This document shows positions 9,327 to 18,773 of a stretch of DNA of 64,000 bases, one piece after another (position 1 is the stretch's first letter; the number at the start of each line of letters is the position of its first letter). The stretch lies in contig CAWHAA010000007.1 of assembly GCA_963827275.1 (NCBI GenBank), positions 192,001 to 256,000 on the forward strand, given 5' to 3'. This DNA is from an uncultured Spirochaetota bacterium. Lineage in GTDB: Bacteria; Spirochaetota; UBA4802; UBA5550. A model generated the notes under the pieces. It saw nothing but the letters and a program-made list of their open reading frames with translations, had not been told where the DNA came from and searched no databases. The position numbers and the translations under genes are program-made.

Positions 9327-10235
9327 ATGGAAAGCACTTATCTGACTCTGGCTTCCAAATCAAATTTCAACAAGGCGCTCAGGCACTTTTACATGGTGAG
9401 CGGCGTCGTTGAGGAAGTCGAGATGAACAAGAACCTGGCCGATGTCATCAACGACGGGCTGGACGAAAATGAAATTCACGAAGACCAGATACTGCCGATC
9501 GTGGGGGCTGTTATCCGCGACAAGTACGCGTTCAGCTATGATTCCTACAATATCGTCGAGCCGGTCACGGAATTCCAGAGGATCGTTGACGAAACCGGCA
9601 AGTGGTCGGCCATCGACATCGTGTGCGTCTACTACAACCCCGGCGGCAAGGTGTGCCTCGTCAACCCGAAAAATATCGACCACTGGGAGCGCGTGCACGA
9701 ACTTCACCCCGACCAGCTCATGGTGATATACGCCAAGTACCTGAAGGAAGACAATAAAAAGATCGAGAATGCCGCGATCAGCACCCTCGAGGAGATGATT
9801 GCCGGAAAGGACGTGTTCATCAACAAGGCGTTCATCGACCAGACCGTGATCCAGCGCAAGGTCGTGAAAAAAGAGAAAAAGGTAGAAGACCAGGGAAAGG
9901 GGGCGGCAAACATCACCCCGAAATACGCCGTGGAAGTGTCAAACGAGCTTTTCCACAACGGCAACGTAGAGGCATGGAAGAAGATAATGGAAAGCTTCAT
10001 GACCACGTATCCCGACCTGAAGGTGTACATCTACCACGGCGGCGAACTGGTCAATGATATAAACTCCCTGTTCAAATGGGGGAAGGTAAAGCACGGCGAT
10101 TCCATATTTTTCCAGGTGGCCGGCGATAATATCAGGGGCGTTTCGAAGCTCCAGAAGTATTTCTACGAAGGTGCCAGCCCGCGCTTCGAGCAATTCCTCA
10201 AGATCGAGGTCGGCCAGGTGCTCAGGCTGTTCTAA
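9327..10235 (+). CDS. Conserved hypothetical protein with C-terminal HPr-like domain
   Basis: AAGGGAG RBS before ATG 9327. The C-terminal ~95 aa (YAVEVSNELFHNGNVEAWKKIMESF...KVYIYHGGELVNDINSLFKWGKVKHGDSIFFQVAGDN) follow the HPr pattern. Confidence 0.7.
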   Translation: MESTYLTLASKSNFNKALRHFYMVSGVVEEVEMNKNLADVINDGLDENEIHEDQILPIVGAVIRDKYAFSYDSYNIVEPVTEFQRIVDETGKWSAIDIVCVYYNPGGKVCLVNPKNIDHWERVHELHPDQLMVIYAKYLKEDNKKIENAAISTLEEMIAGKDVFINKAFIDQTVIQRKVVKKEKKVEDQGKGAANITPKYAVEVSNELFHNGNVEAWKKIMESFMTTYPDLKVYIYHGGELVNDINSLFKWGKVKHGDSIFFQVAGDNIRGVSKLQKYFYEGASPRFEQFLKIEVGQVLRLF

Positions 10236-10272
10236 ATCGTGACGGCGTCAAACCATAACCAGGAGACATGCA

Positions 10273-12882
10273 ATGGAAAATATAGTGTATTTTAATAAAA
10301 ACCTCAAGGAAGTGGACCCGAAGGTGCGGCAGCGGCTCGGCATTCGCGGGGGGAGGGCGGTCGACCTTGCCATGATGGGCCTGCCCATCGCGCCAGGCTT
10401 TATCATCGATTCACTTCTCACGCAGAAGCTGCCCCAGGTAAATTTAAAAGAGATACTGAGCACGCATATCGGCCAGCTCGAGAAAGACACAAAGAAGAAA
10501 TACGGGGACACGGAAAAGCCGCTCATGCTGAAAGTGGTGCTCAGCTCGGATCTGAACGTTCCCCACTTCCCGTCGATACACAACATCGGGATGAATGCCC
10601 AGACCGTGGAGGCGTTCGGTAAGTACACGGGGCGGGAATTCGCGTACGGCGAATACCTGTTCCTGATGAGGAACCTCGCGAAGAATATCTTCGAGGTGGA
10701 TACCACCGAGGTCAAAAAGATCGAGGCGAAGCTTGCCAGAAAAAGTGACGTCGAAGAGGTCAAGGCCGCCATCGAGGCATACCAGAAGCTGTTCGGTGAA
10801 AAATTCAGCGAAGACGTGTACGACCAGCTCAGCCTGATCATGAAGGCCGCATCGTCGCGGTACTGTGATTCGCCCATCGACGTGGACAATTCCCTGTCGA
10901 TCATGGTGCAGGTGATGGTGTACGGGACCTGGGGCAAGAATTCCTACGCGGGAAATTATTATACGAGGAACATCGTAACCGGCGACCCGGAAATACAGGG
11001 CGAATTCGGGCAGGGCGAGTTTGACATCCAGGCGGGAAAAGCCAGGGACATCTCCAAAATCGAGAAGAAGCACTATGACCATTTCACCGAGATCGCACGG
11101 AAGGTGGAGGACAACTTCAAGGAGATACGCGAGATAAAATTCACCATTGAAGAGAGCGATTTCTGGCTCGTCGAGCAGAAGGAGGTTGACGAGAAGTCGA
11201 CCCAGTCGCAGATAAAGGCACTGCTCGACCTGACGAGGAGAAAGATCGTCACCGATACCTATACAATAGCGAAGATAAAGCCGAACCAGCTCAATGAGCT
11301 CCTCCACCCGGTCATCGATCCCCGGACGATCAAGGGAATAAAGAGCATAAAGGGAGGGATTGCCGGCTCCACCGGCGCCGCCATCGGACGGGTGTTCTTT
11401 TCGACGCCGAAGCTCCTCGAGGAGCACAAGCGCGCGATCATGAAGGGCGGTGACCCGAAGCTCATACTGGTCATGCCCGCGTCGTTCGCCGAGGACGTGA
11501 AGGCCATCGAGGTGGCGCAGGGCGTTATCACGTGCGAGGGGGGGTTCTCGTCCCACGCGCCGGTCGTCGCCCGGAGCCTCGGCAAGGTCGCCATGGTGCA
11601 GCCGGAGATGAAGATCAAGGGCGACAGCTTCACGCTCGCCGGAAAGACCGTCCGAGAGGGCGACTACGTGTCGATCAATGTCCCCTACTACGAGGCCCCC
11701 ACCATCTTCATGGGAGAGGTCGGCCTTATCGAACCGGATTGGAAGAAGAACGGGCTCTTCGAGTTCCTTGACTTGGTGGAAAAGCATATCGGCGATTTCA
11801 ACGTGCGCGCCAACGCCGACCAGGGCAGGGACGCACTCGTCGCGAAGGACTTCAAGGCGAAGGGGATCGGACTCTGCCGGACCGAGCACATGTTCTTCAA
11901 CGAAAAGCGGATCATGAAATTCCGCGAAATGATTATCGCCGGCACTGAAGAGGAGCGGCGCAAGGTGCTGAAGGCGCTCCTCCCGATGCAGCGGTCCGAT
12001 TTTTACGACCTGTTCAAGATCATGGAGGGAAACCCGGTGACCATTCGCCTGCTCGACGCGCCGCTCCATGAATTCCTGCCCAGGACAGACGAGAGCATGA
12101 ATATATTCGTCCGGTACATGCAGGCAAAGGAACCCAAACTCAAAGCGCAGGATATCATCGCGCGTTGCGAGGAGCTGGGCGAGATGAATCCCATGCTGGG
12201 CCACCGGGGCTGCCGCGTGGCGGTGACCTACCCGGAGATTTACGAGATGCAGTGCAGGGCCATATTCGAGGCCGCCTGCATGTTGCGGAAAGAAGGCCAC
12301 AAGATAAAGCCGGAGATAATGATCCCGATCGTCATGAGCAAGGAGGAGATCAAGTTCATAAAGAACGGGAAGAAGATAGAGGGCAAGGAGGTAAAGGGTA
12401 TCCGGGACATCAAGAACGAGGTGGTCGAGGATTACGGCATCGAGGATCTCGACTACGAGGTGGGGACCATGATAGAGCTCCCGGCCGCTGCCCTCGGGGC
12501 CGGCGAGATCGCCCAGTATGCCGAATTCTTCAGCTTCGGCACCAATGACCTGACGCAGACGACCTACGGGCTGTCGCGGGACGACTCGAACTCGTTTTTC
12601 CCGAGCTATTCGCTCTTTGACCTCATGAAGTCGAACCTGTTCAAGTACCTTGGCGACGAGGTGAAGGAGCTGATCGGAATCGCGTCTTTGCGGGGAAGGC
12701 TGTCGCGGCCCGATATAAAGATGGGGCTGTGCGGGGAGCACGGCGCCAGTCCGGAAAATATTCAGTTCTGCATGGAGGCGGGGCTCAATTACGTGTCCTG
12801 CTCGCCGTACGCGATACCGCTGGCCAAGCTGGGGATCGCGCAGATCAATATAAAGAACACCCAGAAGCAGGGAGCGGCATAG
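10273..12882 (+). CDS. ppdK: Pyruvate phosphate dikinase-like protein with degenerate N-terminal ATP-binding domain
   Basis: GGFSSHAPVVAR phospho-His motif; GIGLCRTEHMFF, TIRLLD, NPMLGHRGCR, GTMIE, FSFGTNDLTQ and GLCGEHG are intact. N-domain signatures GGKG, VRSG and LQTR are replaced. Confidence 0.9.
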   Translation: MENIVYFNKNLKEVDPKVRQRLGIRGGRAVDLAMMGLPIAPGFIIDSLLTQKLPQVNLKEILSTHIGQLEKDTKKKYGDTEKPLMLKVVLSSDLNVPHFPSIHNIGMNAQTVEAFGKYTGREFAYGEYLFLMRNLAKNIFEVDTTEVKKIEAKLARKSDVEEVKAAIEAYQKLFGEKFSEDVYDQLSLIMKAASSRYCDSPIDVDNSLSIMVQVMVYGTWGKNSYAGNYYTRNIVTGDPEIQGEFGQGEFDIQAGKARDISKIEKKHYDHFTEIARKVEDNFKEIREIKFTIEESDFWLVEQKEVDEKSTQSQIKALLDLTRRKIVTDTYTIAKIKPNQLNELLHPVIDPRTIKGIKSIKGGIAGSTGAAIGRVFFSTPKLLEEHKRAIMKGGDPKLILVMPASFAEDVKAIEVAQGVITCEGGFSSHAPVVARSLGKVAMVQPEMKIKGDSFTLAGKTVREGDYVSINVPYYEAPTIFMGEVGLIEPDWKKNGLFEFLDLVEKHIGDFNVRANADQGRDALVAKDFKAKGIGLCRTEHMFFNEKRIMKFREMIIAGTEEERRKVLKALLPMQRSDFYDLFKIMEGNPVTIRLLDAPLHEFLPRTDESMNIFVRYMQAKEPKLKAQDIIARCEELGEMNPMLGHRGCRVAVTYPEIYEMQCRAIFEAACMLRKEGHKIKPEIMIPIVMSKEEIKFIKNGKKIEGKEVKGIRDIKNEVVEDYGIEDLDYEVGTMIELPAAALGAGEIAQYAEFFSFGTNDLTQTTYGLSRDDSNSFFPSYSLFDLMKSNLFKYLGDEVKELIGIASLRGRLSRPDIKMGLCGEHGASPENIQFCMEAGLNYVSCSPYAIPLAKLGIAQINIKNTQKQGAA

Positions 12883-12929
12883 CGTTCGGAATGACAATGA
12901 CTTCATCGCCGCAATGCGGCCGTATGAAG

Positions 12930-12971
12930 AAAAAACAAAACACCCGCTCTGACGCAGGTGTTTTGTTTTTT
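12930..12971 (+). terminator. Intrinsic (possibly bidirectional) terminator after ppdK-like gene
   Basis: AAAAAACAAAACACC...GGTGTTTTGTTTTTT inverted repeat. Confidence 0.8.
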
Positions 12972-13283
12972 AAAAATGCGACACGTCGCGCATGGTAGTA
13001 TGTAGGCCAGGGCTACAACACCTGGTTATAATGAAGATTTTTAAATTTTCAAATGTTCACAACACTATAATAATGAGCGTGGATGCCTGCCTCGAGGGCC
13101 AACAGAGATGGCGGGAATAATTACTGGCGCTGGTGCGGCTGAATGGGTCCCAAACGGGGGCCGATTTTTTTAATGCCGTCCAGCATTCTGAATTCGGCTC
13201 ATAATAATCTTGACTCTCCCGCTCCATCAGGCAGAATGTGGCTGCATGGCATCATCATTCCACCCTACAAGGAGTATAACAAT

Positions 13284-14042
13284 ATGGCATACGAGACAAT
13301 ACTATTTGAAAAGCCTGAACCGGGAATCGGCGTCCTGACCCTCAACCGCCCGAATGCCTATAACGCTCTCAATCAGGCAATGATCCTCGAACTGGAGACA
13401 TTCTGGCGCGAGCGGCTCTATGACGCTGAAACGCGGGTCATCATACTCAAGGGGAATGGCGAGAAGGGCTTCTGCGCGGGTCTCGACATCAAGGACGCGG
13501 CGGCCAACGTGACGAAGATGAATGTCGAGGAATTCTACATGTTCCAGGCACGGTTTGCGCGGCTCAACCTGGGGATGCGCCGCTGTCCGCAGCCTATCAT
13601 CTGCTGCGTCCACGGGGCGGCGGCGGGCCAGGGGTTCAGCTTCACGCTCGCGTCAGACATCAGGGTCGTGAGCCCGGACGCGAAGTTCTGCGCCGCCTAT
13701 ATTAACATCGGCCTCGGCGGCGCCGACATGTCGTGCAGCTATTTCCTCCCGCGCATGATCGGCGCCGGACGCGCCTATGAGATCATGTACACGGGAGACT
13801 ATTACCCGGCCGAGGAAATGTACCGCCTGGGATTGATAAGCAGGATTGTGGAAAAGGACAAGCTCCTTGAGACGGGAATGGAGTATGCGAGGAAGCTCAT
13901 GACCAAGAAGCACCTGGCCCTCCGCCTTACCAAGGAAGCGGTAAATATGAATATCGATGCCTCAGGCCTGGAGCACGCGCTGAACATGGAAGACAGGAAC
14001 CAGACCCTCTGCGGTATCGGTACGTTTGTGAAGAATATTTAA
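13284..14042 (+). CDS. Enoyl-CoA hydratase/isomerase (crotonase) family protein
   Basis: AAGGAG RBS; LTLNRPNAYNALN, FCAGLDIK, PIICCVHGAAAGQG and ASDIRV motifs. Confidence 0.92.
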   Translation: MAYETILFEKPEPGIGVLTLNRPNAYNALNQAMILELETFWRERLYDAETRVIILKGNGEKGFCAGLDIKDAAANVTKMNVEEFYMFQARFARLNLGMRRCPQPIICCVHGAAAGQGFSFTLASDIRVVSPDAKFCAAYINIGLGGADMSCSYFLPRMIGAGRAYEIMYTGDYYPAEEMYRLGLISRIVEKDKLLETGMEYARKLMTKKHLALRLTKEAVNMNIDASGLEHALNMEDRNQTLCGIGTFVKNI

Positions 14043-14072
14043 CGCTGAAGATTGTAGATCTGCTTTGAATGA

Positions 14073-14106
14073 CATGAAGGCGTGGCCACGTGGCCACGCC
14101 TTCATG
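14073..14106. repeat. Perfect 34-bp palindrome between convergent genes (terminator-like)
   Basis: CATGAAGGCGTGGCCACGTGGCCACGCCTTCATG equals its own reverse complement. Confidence 0.85.
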
Positions 14107-14119
14107 GTTTCGGTCCGGA

Positions 14120-15304
14120 TTATCTGTCGAGGGCCGCGATGCCGGGCAGGGTCTTGCCTTCCAGGAGCTCAAGCCATGCGCCGCCGCCGGTGGAAATGTA
14201 GGATATCCTGTCGGCCACGCCCGACTGGTTGACCGCTGAAACGCTGTCGCCGCCGCCCACGATGCTCAGGCACCCGGAATCGGCGAGCGCCCTGGCTACC
14301 GCGTTGGTGCCTGCCGCGAAATTGGGCATCTCGAAGGCGCCCATCGGGCCGTTCCAGATGACTGTTTTCGACGCCTTGATCTTATCGCTGAACAGCTGTA
14401 TCGATTCGGGACCGATGTCAAGACCGATCATCCCGTCAGACATCTTGTCGGCCGGGACCACGGTCCGCGGCGAATTATTGTCGAACTCGGGCGCTGCCAC
14501 GATATCGACCGGCAGGATGATTTCAACGCCCTTTTTGACCGCTTCGTCCATGATCTCTTTCGCTGCTGCGACAAGGTCCGCCTCGAGGAGCGACTTCCCG
14601 ACATTCAGGCCCTTCGCCTTCATGAAGGTGAAGGCCATGCCGCCGCCGATGATGATGTAGTTCACTTTCGAGAGAATGTTTTTCATCGCGTCGAGTTTTG
14701 TCGATACCTTGGCGCCGCCGATGATGGCGCCAAGCGGGCGCTCGGGCTTGTCCATGGCCTTCTTGAAATACTCGATCTCGTTTTCGAGGAGGAACCCGGC
14801 CGCCGCCTCCTTCACGAATTTCGTGATGGCGTCGTTGGAAGAGTGGCCGCGGTGCGCCGCGGCAAAGGCGTCGTCGATATACACGTCGCACAGCGCGGCG
14901 AGCTGCTTCCCGAGTTCAGGGTCGTTTTTTTCCTCGCCGGGATAAAACCTGATATTTTCCAGGAGGACAATGTCGCCGTCCTTCATGGCGTCGATCGCTT
15001 TCCTGACCTCGTCGCCGAGCGGGGCATCAAGGAACGTTACGACCCTGCCGAGGATTGTGCCGAGACGGTCGGCTACCGGTTTCAGGCTCATTTCCGGGAC
15101 CCGCTTGCCCTTCGGCCTGCCCATGTGCGATACAATGATTATCTTGCATCCTTCCTTGAGGCAATAGTTGATGGTCGGCAGGGTGGCGGTTATCCGCGTG
15201 TCGTCGGTAATGTTCATGCTCTTGTCGTACGGGACGTTGTAGTCCACGCGTAGCATAACCCGTTTGCCCTTGATGTTCACCTTGTCGATGTACTTGATTG
15301 TCAT
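14120..15304 (-). CDS. pgk: Phosphoglycerate kinase
   Basis: RVDYNVP, SHMGRP, LLENIRF, GGAKVSTK, WNGPMGAFE, GGGDS and STGGGA motifs; GAGGT RBS before ATG 15304. Confidence 0.97.
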   Translation of the reverse strand: MTIKYIDKVNIKGKRVMLRVDYNVPYDKSMNITDDTRITATLPTINYCLKEGCKIIIVSHMGRPKGKRVPEMSLKPVADRLGTILGRVVTFLDAPLGDEVRKAIDAMKDGDIVLLENIRFYPGEEKNDPELGKQLAALCDVYIDDAFAAAHRGHSSNDAITKFVKEAAAGFLLENEIEYFKKAMDKPERPLGAIIGGAKVSTKLDAMKNILSKVNYIIIGGGMAFTFMKAKGLNVGKSLLEADLVAAAKEIMDEAVKKGVEIILPVDIVAAPEFDNNSPRTVVPADKMSDGMIGLDIGPESIQLFSDKIKASKTVIWNGPMGAFEMPNFAAGTNAVARALADSGCLSIVGGGDSVSAVNQSGVADRISYISTGGGAWLELLEGKTLPGIAALDR

Positions 15305-15397
15305 GGCCGCACCTCGAAAAAATATTTTTTGGGGAAGGCGGGGCGGCGGACCGCCGCCGGTCAACCTTCCCGGTATTCTCTGCTTGTGAAATACGCA

Positions 15398-16501
15398 TCA
15401 GACGTTCTGCTTTTCCCTTTCCAGCTCCTTTTTCTTTTTTCTCACCAGCGTCATTTTTGAAATGACGATCGACGACTCGTACAGGAGCCACAGCGGGACC
15501 GTCACGAGCGATTGGGTCAGTATGTCCTGGGTCGGCGTAATGACCGCCGATATGATGAAAATGATGACGATCGCCCACTTCCTGTTGCTCGACAGGAAGT
15601 GCGGCGTCACGATGCCTATCCTGGTAAGGATCATGATTATGATGGGAAACTCGAACAGGACCCCCATGAGGAAACAGAACAGGAACACGAACGAGATGTA
15701 TTCGCTGGCGCCGATAACGCTCGTGATGTCTTTTGCCACGAAGCTGAGGAGCATCTTTACCGTGAAGGGCATCAGGAGAAAATAGACGAAGGCGACGCCG
15801 GTGTAAAAGAGCGCTATCGATGCGATCAGGGCGATCCTGCCGAACCAGCGGTCCCCCTTCGCAATGGCCGGGAGAATGAAGCGCCACACCTGGAAGACGA
15901 TGAAGGGGAGGCCCGCCACCAGCGCGGCAATGGCCGCAACCTTGAGCCTCATCATAAACCCCTCGGATAGCTTGAATACGTTCAGCTTTAGCCCGGTGTC
16001 CGTGTACGGCTTGTTGATGAAATAGAGGAGCTCGTCCGAAAAGACAAAGCCCGCAATGATCAGGATCATGAAAACGATGACGCAGATCAGGAGGCGCGAC
16101 CTGAATTCACCCAGGTGGTCCACGAAGCTCATCGGCGTATCGCCCCGGGCAAGGGCCTCCGGATCGGCGGCCTCCTCTTCTTTTTCTTCAACAGTGGAGA
16201 CTTCTTTGCTCGTATCATCGTGCCTGGCGAAGAAATGGATTACCCGCTCGAGTCCCGTCATACCGGCGGTCTCCGCTGCGATTTTCTTTACAGCGTTGGG
16301 TACTTCCTTCATGAGAGGATTTTCTACCTTGTAGGGGAGGGCGCCGGCGGTCGTTGCCGGGGCCTGTTCGGCCGGCGGCACGGGTGCCTGTATGACCGGA
16401 GACTTTTTTGATGGCGCTTTGGCGCGTGCCTTCTTCACTGCAGCCGGTTTTTTATTCCCGCCGGTCGGTTTCGCCGTCTGCGGCTTCTTTGTTTTGGCCA
16501 A
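15398..16501 (-). CDS. tatC: Twin-arginine translocase subunit TatC with ~120-aa K/A/P-rich N-terminal extension
   Basis: MSFVDHLGEFRSRL, QVWRFILPA, GVLFEFP and SAVITPTQD motifs; TTG start with AAGGAG RBS. Confidence 0.92.
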   Translation of the reverse strand: MAKTKKPQTAKPTGGNKKPAAVKKARAKAPSKKSPVIQAPVPPAEQAPATTAGALPYKVENPLMKEVPNAVKKIAAETAGMTGLERVIHFFARHDDTSKEVSTVEEKEEEAADPEALARGDTPMSFVDHLGEFRSRLLICVIVFMILIIAGFVFSDELLYFINKPYTDTGLKLNVFKLSEGFMMRLKVAAIAALVAGLPFIVFQVWRFILPAIAKGDRWFGRIALIASIALFYTGVAFVYFLLMPFTVKMLLSFVAKDITSVIGASEYISFVFLFCFLMGVLFEFPIIIMILTRIGIVTPHFLSSNRKWAIVIIFIISAVITPTQDILTQSLVTVPLWLLYESSIVISKMTLVRKKKKELEREKQNV

Positions 16502-16929
16502 AGGAACGCTCCTTGCGTATAACGGATATGCCGATTGTCACTGGTATGTTGGTTGGCAGCGGATATACTGTCAAGTATTTTCGGGCAAAATGCTGCAATT
16601 CCCCGGGAGGGAGGGGCGGCCGGCGCTGCCGCGACCGCCTGCCATCAGATAATTTCGTACACGATGTCAGTAATCAGAATTTTATCGGGCGTAGTAAATT
16701 AATAAGTTGACATTTTAAATATGGTAGGGTGAACTTTTATAAAGTTATTATAACTCCTGTCCATCCATCTGGTGTTGGGGATGCACGGGGTTGGAGTTTT
16801 CCGAATATATCAGTCTCAGGTCCTTCTGCAGAATCATACACGGGCGAGGGACACCATGCCGTCCAAGTCTCAAGCATTCTAGATGGGTTTAAATAAAAAA
16901 TCTAACGAACGTAATTAAAAGGGGGTCCC

Positions 16930-18744
16930 ATGGCTAAATTTAAAGAAACATGCATGCCGGCAATTTTTCAGAATCAGGCTGAGAAATTGGGCGACAGGGC
17001 GTGCGTCGCTTACAAAAAGGGAGGCAAGTACGTTGATATATCCTGGACTGAAATGAACAGGATGATACATGATCTTGCATACTACCTGCTTTCACTCGGC
17101 GTGAAGAAAAACGACAAGATCGCCCTTTTCTCGCCCAACCGGTGGGAATGGTGGGTGGCGAGCCAGGCGACGCTTTCGATCGGCGCTATCAGCGTTCCGA
17201 TCTACGCGACGAACTCATCGGAGGAGTGCCTGTACATCATTGCCAATTCGGATTCACGTCTCTGCTTTGCCGGGACCGAAGACCACCTGAACAGGGTGCT
17301 CAAGGTCAAGCCGAAGCTTAAAAAACTGAAGAACCTCGTTATTTTTGACGAGTACAACAAGAAGCAGAAGGGGATACTGACCCTCTCGGAAGCCTTCAAG
17401 ATAGGACAGGGATACAAGAGGAAAAACGATTTCGACAAGCGCCTCGCTTCCATCAAGCCGGCCGATGTCTCCACGCTCATATATACGTCCGGGACGACCG
17501 GTAACCCGAAGGGCGTCATGCTGACGCATTCGAACTTTGTCTCCAATGCGAAGAACGTATACAGCCAGGTAAAGGACTACATGTCTGAGAAGGACATACT
17601 CCTGTCGTTCCTGCCACTCTCCCATTCACTCGAGATGACCTGCGGCTATTATATCCCGATTATTATCGGGTCCAAGGTGGCCTTCGCCGAGGACATATCG
17701 AAGCTGATGGAAAACTTTCAGGACGTTCGTCCCACGATCATCATCAGCGTGCCGCGGATTTACGAAAAAGTCCACGCGGGCATCCTTGCAAAGGTTGCAG
17801 ACGGGTCCGGCGCGAAAAAGGCCATATTCAAGTGGGCCAACAAAATGGCGGCAAAGAACCTGCCCTACATATGCAAAAACAGGGAGCGCACCGGCTTGTT
17901 CGCCTTCCAGTACAATCTCGCGGACAAACTCGTCTTTTCAAAGCTCAAGCAGGCGATCGGCCTTGACCAGCTCCAGTTCGCCATCTCGGGCGGCGGCCCG
18001 CTGTCCGTATCGGACGCGGAATTTTTCATCGGTATGGGCATCAAGATCCTCGAGGGCTTCGGTCTGACCGAAACCACGCCGGTTACCCACTTCAACAGGA
18101 ACGGCAACATCAAGCCCGGGACCGTCGGCCACCCGATACCGGAGACCAAGGTCAAGATCAGCGATGATGGCGAGCTCCTGATAAAGGGCCCGCAGGTCAT
18201 GAAAGGCTACTACAAGAACCCGGCGGCGACCAAAGAGGTCTTTACCAGGGACGGCTATTTCAGGACGGGCGACATCGCCGCCATCGACGAGGAAGGCTTC
18301 CTGAAAATAACCGGAAGGATCAAGGACATCATCGTGACCGCCGGCGGAAAGAACATATCCCCGCAGAACATCGAGAACAGCCTGAAGACATCGCAATTCA
18401 TCGAGCAGGCTGCCATCATCGGCGACCGGAGGAAGTACCTTACCGCCCTCATCATCCCGGCCTTTGACGCGCTCAAGAAATGGGCGAAGAGGAACAGCAT
18501 AGAGTTCTCCGGCACCAAGGACCTGATTGAAAGGCCCGAAGTGCAGAAGCTCATTGCCGGCGAGATCGAGAAATACACCAAGCAGTACGCCCGGGTCGAG
18601 CAGATACGCAAATTCAAGATCCTCGATGCCGAGTGGACGCAGGAGACGGGCGAGCTGACTCCGACCCAGAAGGTCAAGCGCCGGATCATCGAATCGAAAT
18701 ACGCGAAGGAGATAGATAGCCTCTATCCGGCCGGAGCCGATTAA
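16930..18744 (+). CDS. fadD: Long-chain acyl-CoA synthetase (AMP-forming)
   Basis: YTSGTTGNPKG, FLPLSHSLE, EGFGLTET, FRTGD, GRIKD and ELTPTQKVKR motifs. Confidence 0.9.
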   Translation: MAKFKETCMPAIFQNQAEKLGDRACVAYKKGGKYVDISWTEMNRMIHDLAYYLLSLGVKKNDKIALFSPNRWEWWVASQATLSIGAISVPIYATNSSEECLYIIANSDSRLCFAGTEDHLNRVLKVKPKLKKLKNLVIFDEYNKKQKGILTLSEAFKIGQGYKRKNDFDKRLASIKPADVSTLIYTSGTTGNPKGVMLTHSNFVSNAKNVYSQVKDYMSEKDILLSFLPLSHSLEMTCGYYIPIIIGSKVAFAEDISKLMENFQDVRPTIIISVPRIYEKVHAGILAKVADGSGAKKAIFKWANKMAAKNLPYICKNRERTGLFAFQYNLADKLVFSKLKQAIGLDQLQFAISGGGPLSVSDAEFFIGMGIKILEGFGLTETTPVTHFNRNGNIKPGTVGHPIPETKVKISDDGELLIKGPQVMKGYYKNPAATKEVFTRDGYFRTGDIAAIDEEGFLKITGRIKDIIVTAGGKNISPQNIENSLKTSQFIEQAAIIGDRRKYLTALIIPAFDALKKWAKRNSIEFSGTKDLIERPEVQKLIAGEIEKYTKQYARVEQIRKFKILDAEWTQETGELTPTQKVKRRIIESKYAKEIDSLYPAGAD

Positions 18745-18773
18745 TCGCAGGAAAAATATAAGCAGCGCTAAAC

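Noticed and set aside
10444..12906. 820-aa antisense ORF, and similar long ORFs at 958-2022, 19551-21140, 35335-36336, 37312-38319 and 48180-50166
   Set aside because: Shadow ORFs caused by high-GC codon bias opposite clearly recognisable genes; no motifs of their own.
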